From the NCBI GenBank assembly GCA_965220745.1, contig CBDCQT010000003.1, forward strand, positions 160,001 to 224,000: a stretch of 64,000 nucleotides of DNA, given 5' to 3'. The stretch is from Alphaproteobacteria bacterium (GTDB taxonomy: Bacteria > Pseudomonadota > Alphaproteobacteria > UBA828). The position numbers and the translations under genes were made by a program. Shown here in pieces: positions 20,576-29,936 of this stretch (position 1 is its first letter; each line of letters opens with the position of its first letter). The notes below the pieces were generated by a model. It had not been told where the DNA came from and searched no databases. It worked only from the letters and a program-made list of their open reading frames with translations.

Positions 20576-21453
20576 CCGGCGCGGTCGAGTGCCGCTACTA
20601 CGGCCGCGACTTCACCACTGAGGAAATGGCGTTGCTGCGCGCCCTCGTCGCGTCCGACCCGCAGCCGACCCGCGCCGCCCTGTCGAGAGAGTTCTGCCGG
20701 CGCATCGGCTGGCTCAAGCCCGACGGCGGGATCAAGGACATGATGGCCCGTGTCACCATGCTCGCCATGCACCGCGACGGCGTGATCGCCCTGCCGCCGC
20801 CGAGGAGTCGGAAGCACCGGCCCAGGCCGATCGTGTTCGGACCCGACACCGAGCCGCCGCTGTTCCCTCCACCGACGACCCTCGACGAGGTCCGCCCCCT
20901 CGACTTCCGCATCGTCGTGAGCGGCAGCCGGGAAGGCAGGCTGTGGAACGAGTTCGTCGCCCGCTACCACTACCTCGGATACAAGACCCTGGTCGGCGCC
21001 CAGATGCGCTACGCCGTCCATGACCGCAACGGCTGGCCGCTCGCCATGCTCGGCTTCTCCACCGCCGCCTGGAAGCTCGCCCCGCGCGACCGCTTCATCG
21101 GATGGACGCCCGAGATGCGCGAGAAAAACCTGCCGCTCGTGGTCGACAACCCGCGCTTCCTGATATCGCCGTGGATCGAGATCCCCAACCTCGGCTCGCA
21201 CATCCTCGCCATCGTGCGCCGCCGCCTGCCCACCGACTGGTCCGAGCGCTACAACGTCACGCCCGTGCTGATCGAGACCTTCGTCGAAACCCCGCGCTAC
21301 ACCGGCGCCGTCTACCGGGCCTCGGGCTGGACCCATGTCGGGACCACCCAGGGGCGCGGACGCTACGACCGGGACAGGTTCTACGACAAGCCCCGCAAGG
21401 ACGTCTGGCTCCGGCCGCTCAGAAGGGATTGGCAACGCGCGCTCAGCCGCTAA
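20572..21453 (+). CDS. DUF4338 (Druantia DruA-like) protein
   Basis: YHYLGY, AWKLAPRDRFIGW, NPRFLI.PW..PNL.S, ETFVE..YTGAVYRASGW. Confidence 0.85.
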   Translation: MTGAVECRYYGRDFTTEEMALLRALVASDPQPTRAALSREFCRRIGWLKPDGGIKDMMARVTMLAMHRDGVIALPPPRSRKHRPRPIVFGPDTEPPLFPPPTTLDEVRPLDFRIVVSGSREGRLWNEFVARYHYLGYKTLVGAQMRYAVHDRNGWPLAMLGFSTAAWKLAPRDRFIGWTPEMREKNLPLVVDNPRFLISPWIEIPNLGSHILAIVRRRLPTDWSERYNVTPVLIETFVETPRYTGAVYRASGWTHVGTTQGRGRYDRDRFYDKPRKDVWLRPLRRDWQRALSR

Positions 21454-22258
21454 AATCGCCCCTGCGATCATCGGGCTGGCGGAAGCGAAGCGGCGGGTGG
21501 ATCAACATCTCCACGGGCAAACGGAACGCTTACTCCTGTCGCTCAAACCCTACATGTCGACGGCGGGATCGCCCCTCTCGGGGTCGAGTCGCACGCTCTC
21601 GACGGCGGCGACTCGGGCCGGTCCGGGACGAGGCGGGAGAGCGGGATCGGGTCGGTGCCGGCGGGCCTGATTGACGTGCGTGGCATGGCGGAGAGGGGGT
21701 GTCGTGGCATTTTGGCCACAGTGCCCATGGAAAACGACCGACCGTTAGAATTCGGTCATAAATTCGGTTGCGCGAGGGGGGTCGGTTGCCTCATTCTCCG
21801 GCTCCAGTGGGTTGGGACCGGTCCGAGCACGGGCGGTATGAGACCCAGAGGCTTTGGACCAATGAAAACAGAGGAGACAGAAGCATGAAGAAGGAAGCGC
21901 GCTGTATGGGCAAGCGCTTCGTTCATGCGACATTCCTACGCTTGACTACGATTGGCTACGACAAGTAGCTGATTCTATACACTGATCGTTCATCCCTCCC
22001 CGTAGCTTCCGTATCGACTTCGCGACTCCTGTACGCAGGCGTACGCAGGGGTTTGACACCACTTGCTTGCGTGGCGCTTACGGGATCGTGTACCCTCTCC
22101 CGGCGTGGTCGAGGCGTTCGGCCACGCGGCGACGGCGGGATCGAGGTGCCGTGCGTATGTTGGCGCGGCCCAGATCATATGGGGTGCAACAGCCTCCCTG
22201 ACCATCGCCATTTCATGATCGAACGCCCTCTCGCGGTGGTCAACGGGGTGGTGATTTT

Positions 22259-23449
22259 ATGTCACAGTACGGTGAGCGCACAATCTCAAAACGGACCGTC
22301 GATGCCCTTTCCGTCGAGGATCGGGACGCCATCTTCTGGGACCGGGACCTGTCCGGCTTCGGGGTGCGCGTCTACCCCTCCGGCCGCAAGGTCTACGTGG
22401 TGCAGAGCCGGGGTCCGGGGGGCTCCAGGCGGGTCACGCTGGGCCGGCACGGGAAGATCACCGCAGAGCAGGCGCGCAAGCGCGCCGCCGGGATCATCGA
22501 CAGGATCAAGACCGGGCAGGAGCCGCTGCCGGTTGAGCCCAAGAAGGAGAAGGGGCCGACCGTAGCCGACCTTGCCGACCGCTTCATGCGCGCGCATGTG
22601 GCGGTGAACTGCAAGCCTGCGACGGCGGTGCGCTATGGCGGGCTGCTCAGGAACTGCATCCTGCCCGTCCTGGGCTCCATGCCCATCGGCTCGGTCGAGC
22701 GCACGCACGTGGCGGACCTGCACTACGCGCTGCGTGACCGGCCGAGCTCGGCGAACAGGTCGGTCGACATTCTGAAGAAGATGTATTCCCTGGCCGAGGT
22801 GTGGGGCCTTCACCCGCAGGGGCGGAACCCGTGCCGGTCCGTGCGCAAGTACAAGGAGCGCAAGCCACAGCGGTTCCTGAGCGCCGAGGAGTACCAGTGC
22901 CTGGGCCGGGTCCTGGACGAGATGGAGGCGGAGGGCACGGCCTGGCTCCCCGCGATTGCCGCGATTCGCCTGCTGATCCTGACCGGCTGCCGGCGCAACG
23001 AGATCCTGTCGCTGCGATGGGACGACGTCGACCGGTCCTCGGGCGAGTTGCGCCTGAGGGATGCGAAGACGGGCGGCAGGATGGTACCGCTGACGCCCAC
23101 GGCGGCGGCGGTGCTGGACGCGATCCCGCGCATGCCGGGCAGTCCGTGGGTGATCGCAGGGAAGCGGCCGGGGAAGCACCTGAGGAACGTCAACGAGCTC
23201 TGGTATCGCCTGCGGGTCCGGGCCGACCTGAAGGACGTGCGCCTCCATGACCTGCGTCATTCCTGGGCCAGCAGGGCGCTGGCGCTCGGCGAGAGCCTGC
23301 CGATGATCGGCAGGCAGCTGGGCCACACGCAGGTGCAGACGACGGCGCGCTACGCGCACCTGGCACAGGACACGGAGAAGGTCTCTGCGGCCAGGGTGGC
23401 GGACAGCATCGAGGCCGACATCATGGTTCCGGACGCGGAGGCGGCATGA
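22259..23449 (+). CDS. Tyrosine integrase with N-terminal arm-binding domain (#1)
   Basis: WD..L.GFGVRV..SG.K arm domain; TGCRRNE, HDLRH, LGH......RY catalytic motifs. Confidence 0.93.
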   Translation: MSQYGERTISKRTVDALSVEDRDAIFWDRDLSGFGVRVYPSGRKVYVVQSRGPGGSRRVTLGRHGKITAEQARKRAAGIIDRIKTGQEPLPVEPKKEKGPTVADLADRFMRAHVAVNCKPATAVRYGGLLRNCILPVLGSMPIGSVERTHVADLHYALRDRPSSANRSVDILKKMYSLAEVWGLHPQGRNPCRSVRKYKERKPQRFLSAEEYQCLGRVLDEMEAEGTAWLPAIAAIRLLILTGCRRNEILSLRWDDVDRSSGELRLRDAKTGGRMVPLTPTAAAVLDAIPRMPGSPWVIAGKRPGKHLRNVNELWYRLRVRADLKDVRLHDLRHSWASRALALGESLPMIGRQLGHTQVQTTARYAHLAQDTEKVSAARVADSIEADIMVPDAEAA

Positions 23450-23488
23450 TGCGCGGGGGACCGGGTACAACCGAGGAGATCGCGCGCC

Positions 23489-24706
23489 ATGGCTAAGCTG
23501 CACTACAGGTCGATCTCGAAGCGCATGGTGGAGGCGCTGGAGGTGGACAGGGACACGATCTTCTGGGACCGGGAGCTTTCGGGCTTCGGGGTGCGCGCCT
23601 ATGCGTCTGGCAAGAAGGTGTACATCGTGCAGGCCCGCGCGAAGGGGAAGTCGCGGCGGGTCACGGTGGGCCGGCACGGGGTGCTGACGGCCGAGCAGGC
23701 GCGCCAGCGGGCGGCGCAGATGATCACGCGCATCAAGGCGGGGGAGGAGGTGAGCCCCAAGAGTCCCGAAGCGCCCAGGCCGGAGGGTCCGACGGTTGCA
23801 GAGCTGGCGGAGCGCTACCTGACGGAGCATGTGGCTGTCCGGTGCAAGCCGAGGACCGTGGAACTGTGCCGCCTGATGCTGAAGAACCACGTCCTTCCCG
23901 CGCTGGGCGACGTTCCCATCGAGGCCGTTGAGCGCAAGCAGGTGGCCGATCTTCACTTCCGCCTGCGCGACCGGCCGGCCACGGCGAACCACGTGGTTGC
24001 GGTTCTGTCGCGCATGTTCAATCGGGCGGAGGCGTGGGAGCTGGTGCCGGAGGGGACCAATCCGTGCCGCGCGTTTCCGAAGTACAAGACCCGCAAGCAC
24101 GAGCGGTTTCTGACCGAGGAGGAGTTCCGGCGCCTTGGCCGCGTGCTGGCCGAGGCCGCCGACGAGGGCGGCGCGTCGAAGTACGCGGTGGCTGCGCTGC
24201 GCCTGCTGATGCTGACGGGGTGCCGTCGCAGCGAGATTCTGGGCCTGCGATGGGCCGACGTGGACCTGGAGGCGAAGGTGCTGCACCTCGCCGATTCGAA
24301 GACGGGTCCCAGGGCGGTGCCGCTGTCGCCTGCGGCGGCAAGGCTTCTGTCCGATCTGCCGCGCGTCACGGACAATCCCTGGGTGATTGTGGGCAAGAAG
24401 CGCGGCACGCACCTGCGCAACCTCAACCAGTCCTGGGACGTCATCCGCCGCCGCGCCGGTCTGGAGGACGTGCGGCTTCATGACCTGCGTCACAGCTGGG
24501 CCAGCAGGGCGCTTGCGCTGGGCGAGAGCCTGCCGATGATCGGCAGGCTGCTCGGTCACACGCAGGTCGAGACCACCGCGCGGTATGCGCACCTTGCGCG
24601 GGATTCCGTCAAGGAGTCGGCGGCCAAGGTCGCGGCCAGCATCGGGGAGGACCTCTACAGGCACCGGGAGGCGGCTGGTGGTCATCTTCACCGGGCAGGC
24701 TCCTGA
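23489..24706 (+). CDS. Tyrosine integrase with N-terminal arm-binding domain (#2)
   Basis: Paralog of #1; TGCRRSE, HDLRHS, LGHTQVETTARY. Confidence 0.93.
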   Translation: MAKLHYRSISKRMVEALEVDRDTIFWDRELSGFGVRAYASGKKVYIVQARAKGKSRRVTVGRHGVLTAEQARQRAAQMITRIKAGEEVSPKSPEAPRPEGPTVAELAERYLTEHVAVRCKPRTVELCRLMLKNHVLPALGDVPIEAVERKQVADLHFRLRDRPATANHVVAVLSRMFNRAEAWELVPEGTNPCRAFPKYKTRKHERFLTEEEFRRLGRVLAEAADEGGASKYAVAALRLLMLTGCRRSEILGLRWADVDLEAKVLHLADSKTGPRAVPLSPAAARLLSDLPRVTDNPWVIVGKKRGTHLRNLNQSWDVIRRRAGLEDVRLHDLRHSWASRALALGESLPMIGRLLGHTQVETTARYAHLARDSVKESAAKVAASIGEDLYRHREAAGGHLHRAGS

Positions 24707-24748
24707 GCGGTGAGCGCTGACGCTCATCCGCTCGTTTAGGATCGGCCC

Positions 24749-25753
24749 ATGCACTTCGTCGCTCTCGTCGCCGCGCTTCTGGCACTCCCGTCGTTGGCCT
24801 TCGCCGCCTGCGAGGGGCAGGACTGGCGTACCCAGCTTGCGCCGGAGACGATGCAGGAGATTCGGGACAGCCTGGCGCACGTGCCGTTTCACCGGGGGAT
24901 CGCGTTCGAGGCGGTCCGCGGCGAGAGCCGGCTCACCCTGTTCGGCACCGTCCACGTGTACGATCGAGGCGTCCATGTCCCGGACGATATCGCCGCGCGC
25001 ATCCGCTCGGCCGACCTCGTTCTCGTGGAAGCGACGCCGGAGGTGATGGCGTCCTTCCGGCAGAGGCTGGCGGAGGACTACGCGCTGTCGTTCGATGTGT
25101 CCGGCCCTCGTCTCTGGAGCCGTCTCACGCCTCGGGAGTGGGCCGTCCTTCTCCGCGCCCTCCTGGCCCGGGGCATTGATGCCGAGGTGGCCGAGCGGAT
25201 GCGGCCCTGGTTCGCCGCTGCCATGCTGGAGCAAGCCCCTTGCGACATTGCTGCCAGGGCGGAGGGCGGCAAGATCCTCGACGAGCGGGTCGAGGCGCTG
25301 GCGCGCGATGCGGGTGTGGCCGTGGGCGGCCTGGACGAGGATGCGGAGCGGCTTCTGACCTACTTCTCCGGTCTGCCGGAGGACGAGCAGCTCGATCTTC
25401 TGCGCCTGACGCTCGCGTCCCACGCGTCGGACGGCAGCCAGATCGTGACGCTGGTGCGCGGTTGGCAGGACGGCGAGGTGGCTCTTGCGTGGGAGGTTGC
25501 CAACGCCCGCGCTGCCGCGCTCACCGGGGACGGCGCGGCGGTTGAGGCGTGGTTCGCCCGGCTGCACGAGGTTCTCGTGGCGGCGCGCAATCGGGAGTGG
25601 ATGCGGCGGCTTCTGGAGTTGAGCGGCGCGGTCCCGCATATCGTCGTAGCGGTCGGTGCGATGCATCTTCCTGGCGAGGACGGGCTTCTGCGTCTGCTCG
25701 AGCGGCGCGGCTTCGCGATCCGTACCCTGATCCTGGCGCCGCGAGACGGATGA
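24749..25753 (+). CDS. TraB/GumN family protein
   Basis: Signal peptide; LFGTVH, RNREW, VAVGAMHL.GEDGLL motifs. Confidence 0.85.
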   Translation: MHFVALVAALLALPSLAFAACEGQDWRTQLAPETMQEIRDSLAHVPFHRGIAFEAVRGESRLTLFGTVHVYDRGVHVPDDIAARIRSADLVLVEATPEVMASFRQRLAEDYALSFDVSGPRLWSRLTPREWAVLLRALLARGIDAEVAERMRPWFAAAMLEQAPCDIAARAEGGKILDERVEALARDAGVAVGGLDEDAERLLTYFSGLPEDEQLDLLRLTLASHASDGSQIVTLVRGWQDGEVALAWEVANARAAALTGDGAAVEAWFARLHEVLVAARNREWMRRLLELSGAVPHIVVAVGAMHLPGEDGLLRLLERRGFAIRTLILAPRDG

Positions 25754-26113
25754 GGGTTCGACGGGCTTGCCCGGCATGAGCCGGGGACGCCGGAAACGGC
25801 GAGATGCTGCAGCTGTGACGGCCTCCGAATCACCGGCGGCCTTGCTCACCGTGTCCGGCGTGGTGGCCGCGTCGGTGGACCAGGACGCAGGCGGCACCCC
25901 CTCCCCGATCATGACGCCTCGCCGCTGGCTGCGCTGCTCGCGAGCGGCAAGGAGCGCGGCCATGTCGCCGGCACCGGTTTCGGCCGGGAACTCTCATTGA
26001 CGCGCGGATACATCCACCGGATCGCGAGCGGAACCCTGCGGAGGTTGAAGCGCCCCTCGCGTGCTTCGCAGCCTCCGCGATCCCTGTGCTGTCCTCTCCA
26101 CCCCGCATCGCCG

Positions 26114-26572
26114 TCAGCGCATGAAGCGGGCGCGGTTGCCCCGCCCCGCGCGGCGGCGCAGGGAGACGACGGCCGCCCACGCCGGCAGACTTCCAGCCGC
26201 CGCGCAGACGACCACCGCGAACGGCCCGAGCATGGCGGCCTGCGCGCACCCGGCGACAGTCAGTGGGGCCAGGACCGCCGCAAGCCACCATGCCGTTCCT
26301 GCGCGACCCCTGCGCCTCAGCGCAGCGACAGGCAGAGCCAGCAGCAGGCCCGCCGGCGCCAGCAGGACCAGGTCCGGCGATATGACCGGACCCAGCTGCT
26401 CGGGCTGCCCGCCGGCAGCGAGGAACGCGAGGCAACAGCCGGCCGGCAGCCAGACCAGACCCAGCGCCGCACCTGCCAGGCGTTGCCCGCGCTGTCCGCC
26501 CTTCATCCGGTGCCGGCCGTCGAACGGCCGCGGGGGATAGCGCACGTGCGTCAGCGAGATCGGCTCGGTCAT
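26114..26572 (-). CDS. Hypothetical membrane protein
   Basis: Four hydrophobic segments; start uncertain. Confidence 0.4.
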   Translation of the reverse strand: MTEPISLTHVRYPPRPFDGRHRMKGGQRGQRLAGAALGLVWLPAGCCLAFLAAGGQPEQLGPVISPDLVLLAPAGLLLALPVAALRRRGRAGTAWWLAAVLAPLTVAGCAQAAMLGPFAVVVCAAAGSLPAWAAVVSLRRRAGRGNRARFMR

Positions 26573-26639
26573 GAAAGTCGTCCGCGGCGGGATGGCGCGC
26601 AATAGGTCAGAACGGCGCCCGCACTGCAAGCCCGCAGGT

Positions 26640-26830
26640 CATGCCCGAGCCGGCCCTACTCCTCTCCTCCCCGCCGCCTCCTCGACGGGCCCCGGGTCCG
26701 CAGCCGGTCCCGCGCGGTTCAGCACACTCACGCGCAGGCACACGTCGCGGCCGCCATCGTCGGAGGCGACGAAGCCGAAGCCCTTGCCGGCGTCGTGGAA
26801 CTTGACCACGCCGAGCAGCCCCTCTACCGG
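26640..26830 (-). pseudogene. Cold-shock domain remnant
   Basis: Minus strand reads GVVKFHDAGKGFGFVASDDGGRDV (RNP1-like KGFGFV); RNP2 degenerate; no good start in frame. Confidence 0.5.
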
Positions 26831-27039
26831 CGCTCCAGCCGTCTCTCTCCGCTGCCCGTGCCGGTCATCCGCCGTCCCGCGCGTTCACAATACCGTCAAG
26901 GGGGCAAAATCGCTTTCGCGCACCGCCGACGTTCAGCCACAATGACATGGGTTTCGCGCGGCGCGGCTGCCCGAAGAGGCGGCGCGAAGCCACGATCCCA
27001 GGAAACCGGCAACGCGCCTGCGAGGAGGACGTACCGAAG

Positions 27040-27264
27040 ATGATCAAGGAAACTGTGGTCGCCGTGAGTATCGTCACCATGGCGGCCGGTGCCGCTCTTG
27101 CGCCGACGGCCGTATCCGCCGATGACGGGCGGATCGTCGTCGCGGACTCGCATGATCCGTGCAACCCGTGCGCGGCATGCAACCCGTGCGCAGCAGACCC
27201 CTGCAACCCGTGTGCTGCGTGCAATCCGTGTTGCGCCGATCCCTGCAACCCTTGTGCCTGCTGA
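27040..27264 (+). CDS. Secreted cysteine-rich CNPC-repeat peptide (74 aa)
   Basis: GAGGAGG SD; signal peptide; tail DPCNPCAACNPCAADPCNPCAACNPCCADPCNPCAC. Confidence 0.8.
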   Translation: MIKETVVAVSIVTMAAGAALAPTAVSADDGRIVVADSHDPCNPCAACNPCAADPCNPCAACNPCCADPCNPCAC

Positions 27265-27433
27265 CGCGTCGCGCATTTCCGATCTTTTCCGGGGACGCCG
27301 CCTCAAGAGAGGCGGCGTTCTTACGTTGAGCCCCGCGCCTTTCGCCGCCATGGGGTCCGCACACCGGCGTGAGGGCTATGAGGGCGACTCGGAGACCGGC
27401 ACTAAGGTGACGTTCTCGCCAAATCTCCACTCT

Positions 27434-27473
27434 CTTGACTGCATCTGCCCCCACTTGACTGCATCTGCCCCCA
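27434..27473. repeat. 20-bp tandem direct repeat
   Basis: CTTGACTGCATCTGCCCCCA x2. Confidence 0.9.
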
Positions 27474-27566
27474 TAAGAGGGAGAGGCCGGCCGTGACGCG
27501 GGCGGCGGGGGCGGCGCTGCGAAGAGCGTTTCCCCCGCGGCGACCACGGACGAGGGGGAACGGACG

Positions 27567-27890
27567 ATGCGGACCGGCCGGATGTTCCATCGCGACGCGC
27601 AGACCTATCTGGTGCATTTGTTCGGCAGAGGCCTCGACGACGAGCGCTACGTGGTCGAGACGTACCGCTCGCGTCCCGACGGGCGGATCGAGCCCGTCGA
27701 GCCGGAGCAGTCCAGGACGAAAGGGCGACGCAGGCAACGACGCACGATCGCGAGCTTGGCCGCGGTGAAGAAAATGCGGCCCGAACGCGACCAGATCATC
27801 GTCTGCACGGGCGTCAAGCTGGCAGGCTCCGGGGTCCAGCTCTACGGATGGCAGGCGACGGGCCTGGTCGCCGCCCGCTACGCGCGCTGA
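27567..27890 (+). CDS. Hypothetical protein
   Basis: GAGGGG SD; GC3-rich codons; runs into the next gene. Confidence 0.55.
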   Translation: MRTGRMFHRDAQTYLVHLFGRGLDDERYVVETYRSRPDGRIEPVEPEQSRTKGRRRQRRTIASLAAVKKMRPERDQIIVCTGVKLAGSGVQLYGWQATGLVAARYAR

Positions 27891-27905
27891 CCGGGGTGGC
27901 CGGCC

Positions 27906-28715
27906 ATGCCGCTCAAGGACCCGGTGAATAAGCAGGCGCGGGATCGCCGCCTCCGCCAGCGCCACGCCGCTCGCCTCAAGAAGCGTTTGTGTACCCGGTG
28001 CGGCCGCGTTCCGCCCGAGCCCGGCCTCAAGGTATGTACCGACTGTGCGGAGAAGCGCCGCACCGCCGACCGCGCCCGCCGGGCGAAGGCGCGGGCCAAG
28101 GGTCTCCCCTACGCCGGCCGCGATCCGGAGCGCTGCCGCCGAGCCGACCGCGCCGGCGACAGGCGGCGGCGGAGGGCGTGGAAGGAGGCAGGGCTGTGTA
28201 CATCCTGCGGCCGCCGCCGGCCGGAGGACAACCGCTCCGTCTGCGAGCCGTGCCGCAAGGCTCGGCGCGCACTCGACCGCCGGCGCTATGCTGCGCGAAA
28301 GGCCGCCGGTCGCTGCGTGCGCTGCACGCAGCCCACGGTCGGCGGTTTATCCAGATGCGGCCGGTGCTCGGCGCTGGCGGCGGAACGCGCGTCTCCCGAA
28401 CGGGAGAGCGCCGTCAGCAGGAAACGATACGCCGCCCGCCGCGCGCAGGGCGCGTGTGTGGATTGTGGAGTTCCCGCCGGTGGCTCGGCCCGCTGTGAGC
28501 GCTGCGCATATCGGTCCAACTCCCGCGCGCCCGAGCGTCATCTCGTGTCGATGTGGCCGCCGCAGATCACCGTGATCGAGTTGGAGACGGGCGAGGAGCT
28601 GGGCGTCTTCGAGACCGAGGCCGAGGCGGCCGCCTGCATCGTCTTCGCCGGGCTGCGGCCCGACCAGGTGGAAGTGCGGACCAACGTGCCCCTCCTCGCG
28701 ATTTGCGCACGGTGA
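27906..28715 (+). CDS. Basic protein with four CxxC...CxxC zinc-finger-like repeats
   Basis: CTRC/CTDC, CTSC/CEPC, CVRC/CGRC, CVDC/CERC joined by Arg-rich helices. Confidence 0.7.
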   Translation: MPLKDPVNKQARDRRLRQRHAARLKKRLCTRCGRVPPEPGLKVCTDCAEKRRTADRARRAKARAKGLPYAGRDPERCRRADRAGDRRRRRAWKEAGLCTSCGRRRPEDNRSVCEPCRKARRALDRRRYAARKAAGRCVRCTQPTVGGLSRCGRCSALAAERASPERESAVSRKRYAARRAQGACVDCGVPAGGSARCERCAYRSNSRAPERHLVSMWPPQITVIELETGEELGVFETEAEAAACIVFAGLRPDQVEVRTNVPLLAICAR

Positions 28716-28910
28716 CCGTCCGCACGGTGACCGTCCACACCCCGCCAGGCAAGCACCGGCGGGGGGAAGGTGCCCAGGTCCGCCGGGACCTTCCGCAATC
28801 TGCGGCCGTCGGGGGCGTGCCGGCGGTCAAGGCGCTCTTGCGGACAAATCGCCTTGACGCAGGACGTGACGATCCATGAATGTACTATCTACTAGCGTGA
28901 GGGAAGAGCC

Positions 28911-29159
28911 ATGCGCACCGTCTCCCTGATGACCGCCAACCAGGAGTTCTCGAAGCTCGTCCGCGAGGTCGAGCGCGGAGAGGGCTTCCTGATCACCCGG
29001 CGGGGCCGGCCCGTCGCCAAGCTCGTGCCCCACAGCGCCGACAAGGACGCCGATCCCGAGTGGGCGGCGGCCCATCGGCGCATGATGGCGCGGCTGAAGG
29101 AGGGAGCGTCGCTCGGCGGCCTCAGGATCGAACGGACCGCGCTTTATGACCGCGGTTAG
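28911..29159 (+). CDS. Phd/YefM-family antitoxin
   Basis: FSKLVREVE.GE...ITRRGRPVAKLVP; TTGACG promoter-like element upstream. Confidence 0.88.
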   Translation: MRTVSLMTANQEFSKLVREVERGEGFLITRRGRPVAKLVPHSADKDADPEWAAAHRRMMARLKEGASLGGLRIERTALYDRG

Positions 29160-29607
29160 GGGGCGCTTCTCGCTGGATACCAACATTCTGGTCTATGCGG
29201 TCGACCGTGACGGCAGCGAGCGGCACTGGCTCTCCATGGAGTTGGTGGGGCGGGCGGCCCGGCGCGACTGCGTCCTGACGGTTCAGGCGCTGGCCGAGTT
29301 CTTTCATGCCACCACCCGGAAGGGCCTGCTCGAACCGTCCGAGGCCGGCCGGTTCGTGCGCGACTGGCTGGAGGTGTTCGAGGTCGCATCGGCCGACGGC
29401 GCGGCTCTCGCCGAGGCGATGGCAGCGGTGGACGAGCACCGGTTCTCGTTCTGGGACGCGATGCTTTGGGCGACCGCGAAGCGGGCGGGCTGCTCTGTCC
29501 TCGTGAGCGAAGACATGCAGCATGGACGCCGTCTCGGCGGTGTGGAGTTCGTCAACCCGTTTGCGCCCGACGGCCCCTCGGCGATGGCGACGATGTTCGA
29601 TCTGTGA
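29146..29607 (+). CDS. PIN-domain (VapC-like) toxin
   Basis: LDTNILVYA, QALAEF, SFWDA, SEDMQHG; overlaps the antitoxin. Confidence 0.9.
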   Translation: MTAVRGRFSLDTNILVYAVDRDGSERHWLSMELVGRAARRDCVLTVQALAEFFHATTRKGLLEPSEAGRFVRDWLEVFEVASADGAALAEAMAAVDEHRFSFWDAMLWATAKRAGCSVLVSEDMQHGRRLGGVEFVNPFAPDGPSAMATMFDL

Positions 29608-29936
29608 GCTCCGCCGGCTAACCCGAGCTCTGCGCCTCCCGGCCCCGCAGGCCGTCCCGCCCCTGGCGCTCCCGCCGACGCGGCACCGAGCCGCCGCACC
29701 CCTCAAGCAAGGGCCGCATCCCGCTCTACCGATCCTCCTGGCGCCGTGCGTAGCGCCGCCATCGTGGCGGCCGGAAGTGCGGGCTGCGATGTCCTTGAGA
29801 ACCCTGCAGGCCCCGGAGCAGGCCGCTGCCGGGAGGAGGAGAGGGACCTGGAGGAGGGTGAACGGAGGAGGTCACGAGAGAGATCGATCCGTTCGCCAAC
29901 CTTCGTCATCAACTCGGAAGAACAGGAGACAAGACC

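Larger units (their letters stand above)
17928..21533 (+). mobile_element. IS66-family element (TnpC plus DUF4338 gene) with 146-bp TIRs
   Basis: Ends GTAAGCGTTCCGT...ACGGAACGCTTAC; 8-bp TSD TCCTGTCG at 17920-17927 and 21534-21541; the empty site is visible in block B. Confidence 0.95.
17769..21884. promoter_or_regulatory. Porin control block copy A (502 bp, interrupted by the IS66-like element)
   Basis: 17769-17927 plus 21542-21884 is the near-exact reverse complement of 54141-54642; GAGGAG SD before ATG at 21885. Confidence 0.85.

Noticed and set aside
20572-21453. Complete Druantia defence system
   Set aside because: Only a DUF4338 gene inside an IS; no DruE or other partners
21655-21888. 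77-aa ORF duplicated at 54137-54370
   Set aside because: Conservation reflects the duplicated control block; no SD or protein-like features
21890-22258. tRNA/tmRNA integration site next to the integrases
   Set aside because: No cloverleaf or T-loop/CCA motif seen
22286-25963. 1225-aa - strand ORF
   Set aside because: Antisense shadow of the integrases and the TraB/GumN gene
27151-27260. Possible CRISPR or DNA repeat array
   Set aside because: The repeats are in-frame coding repeats with no unique spacers and no cas genes nearby
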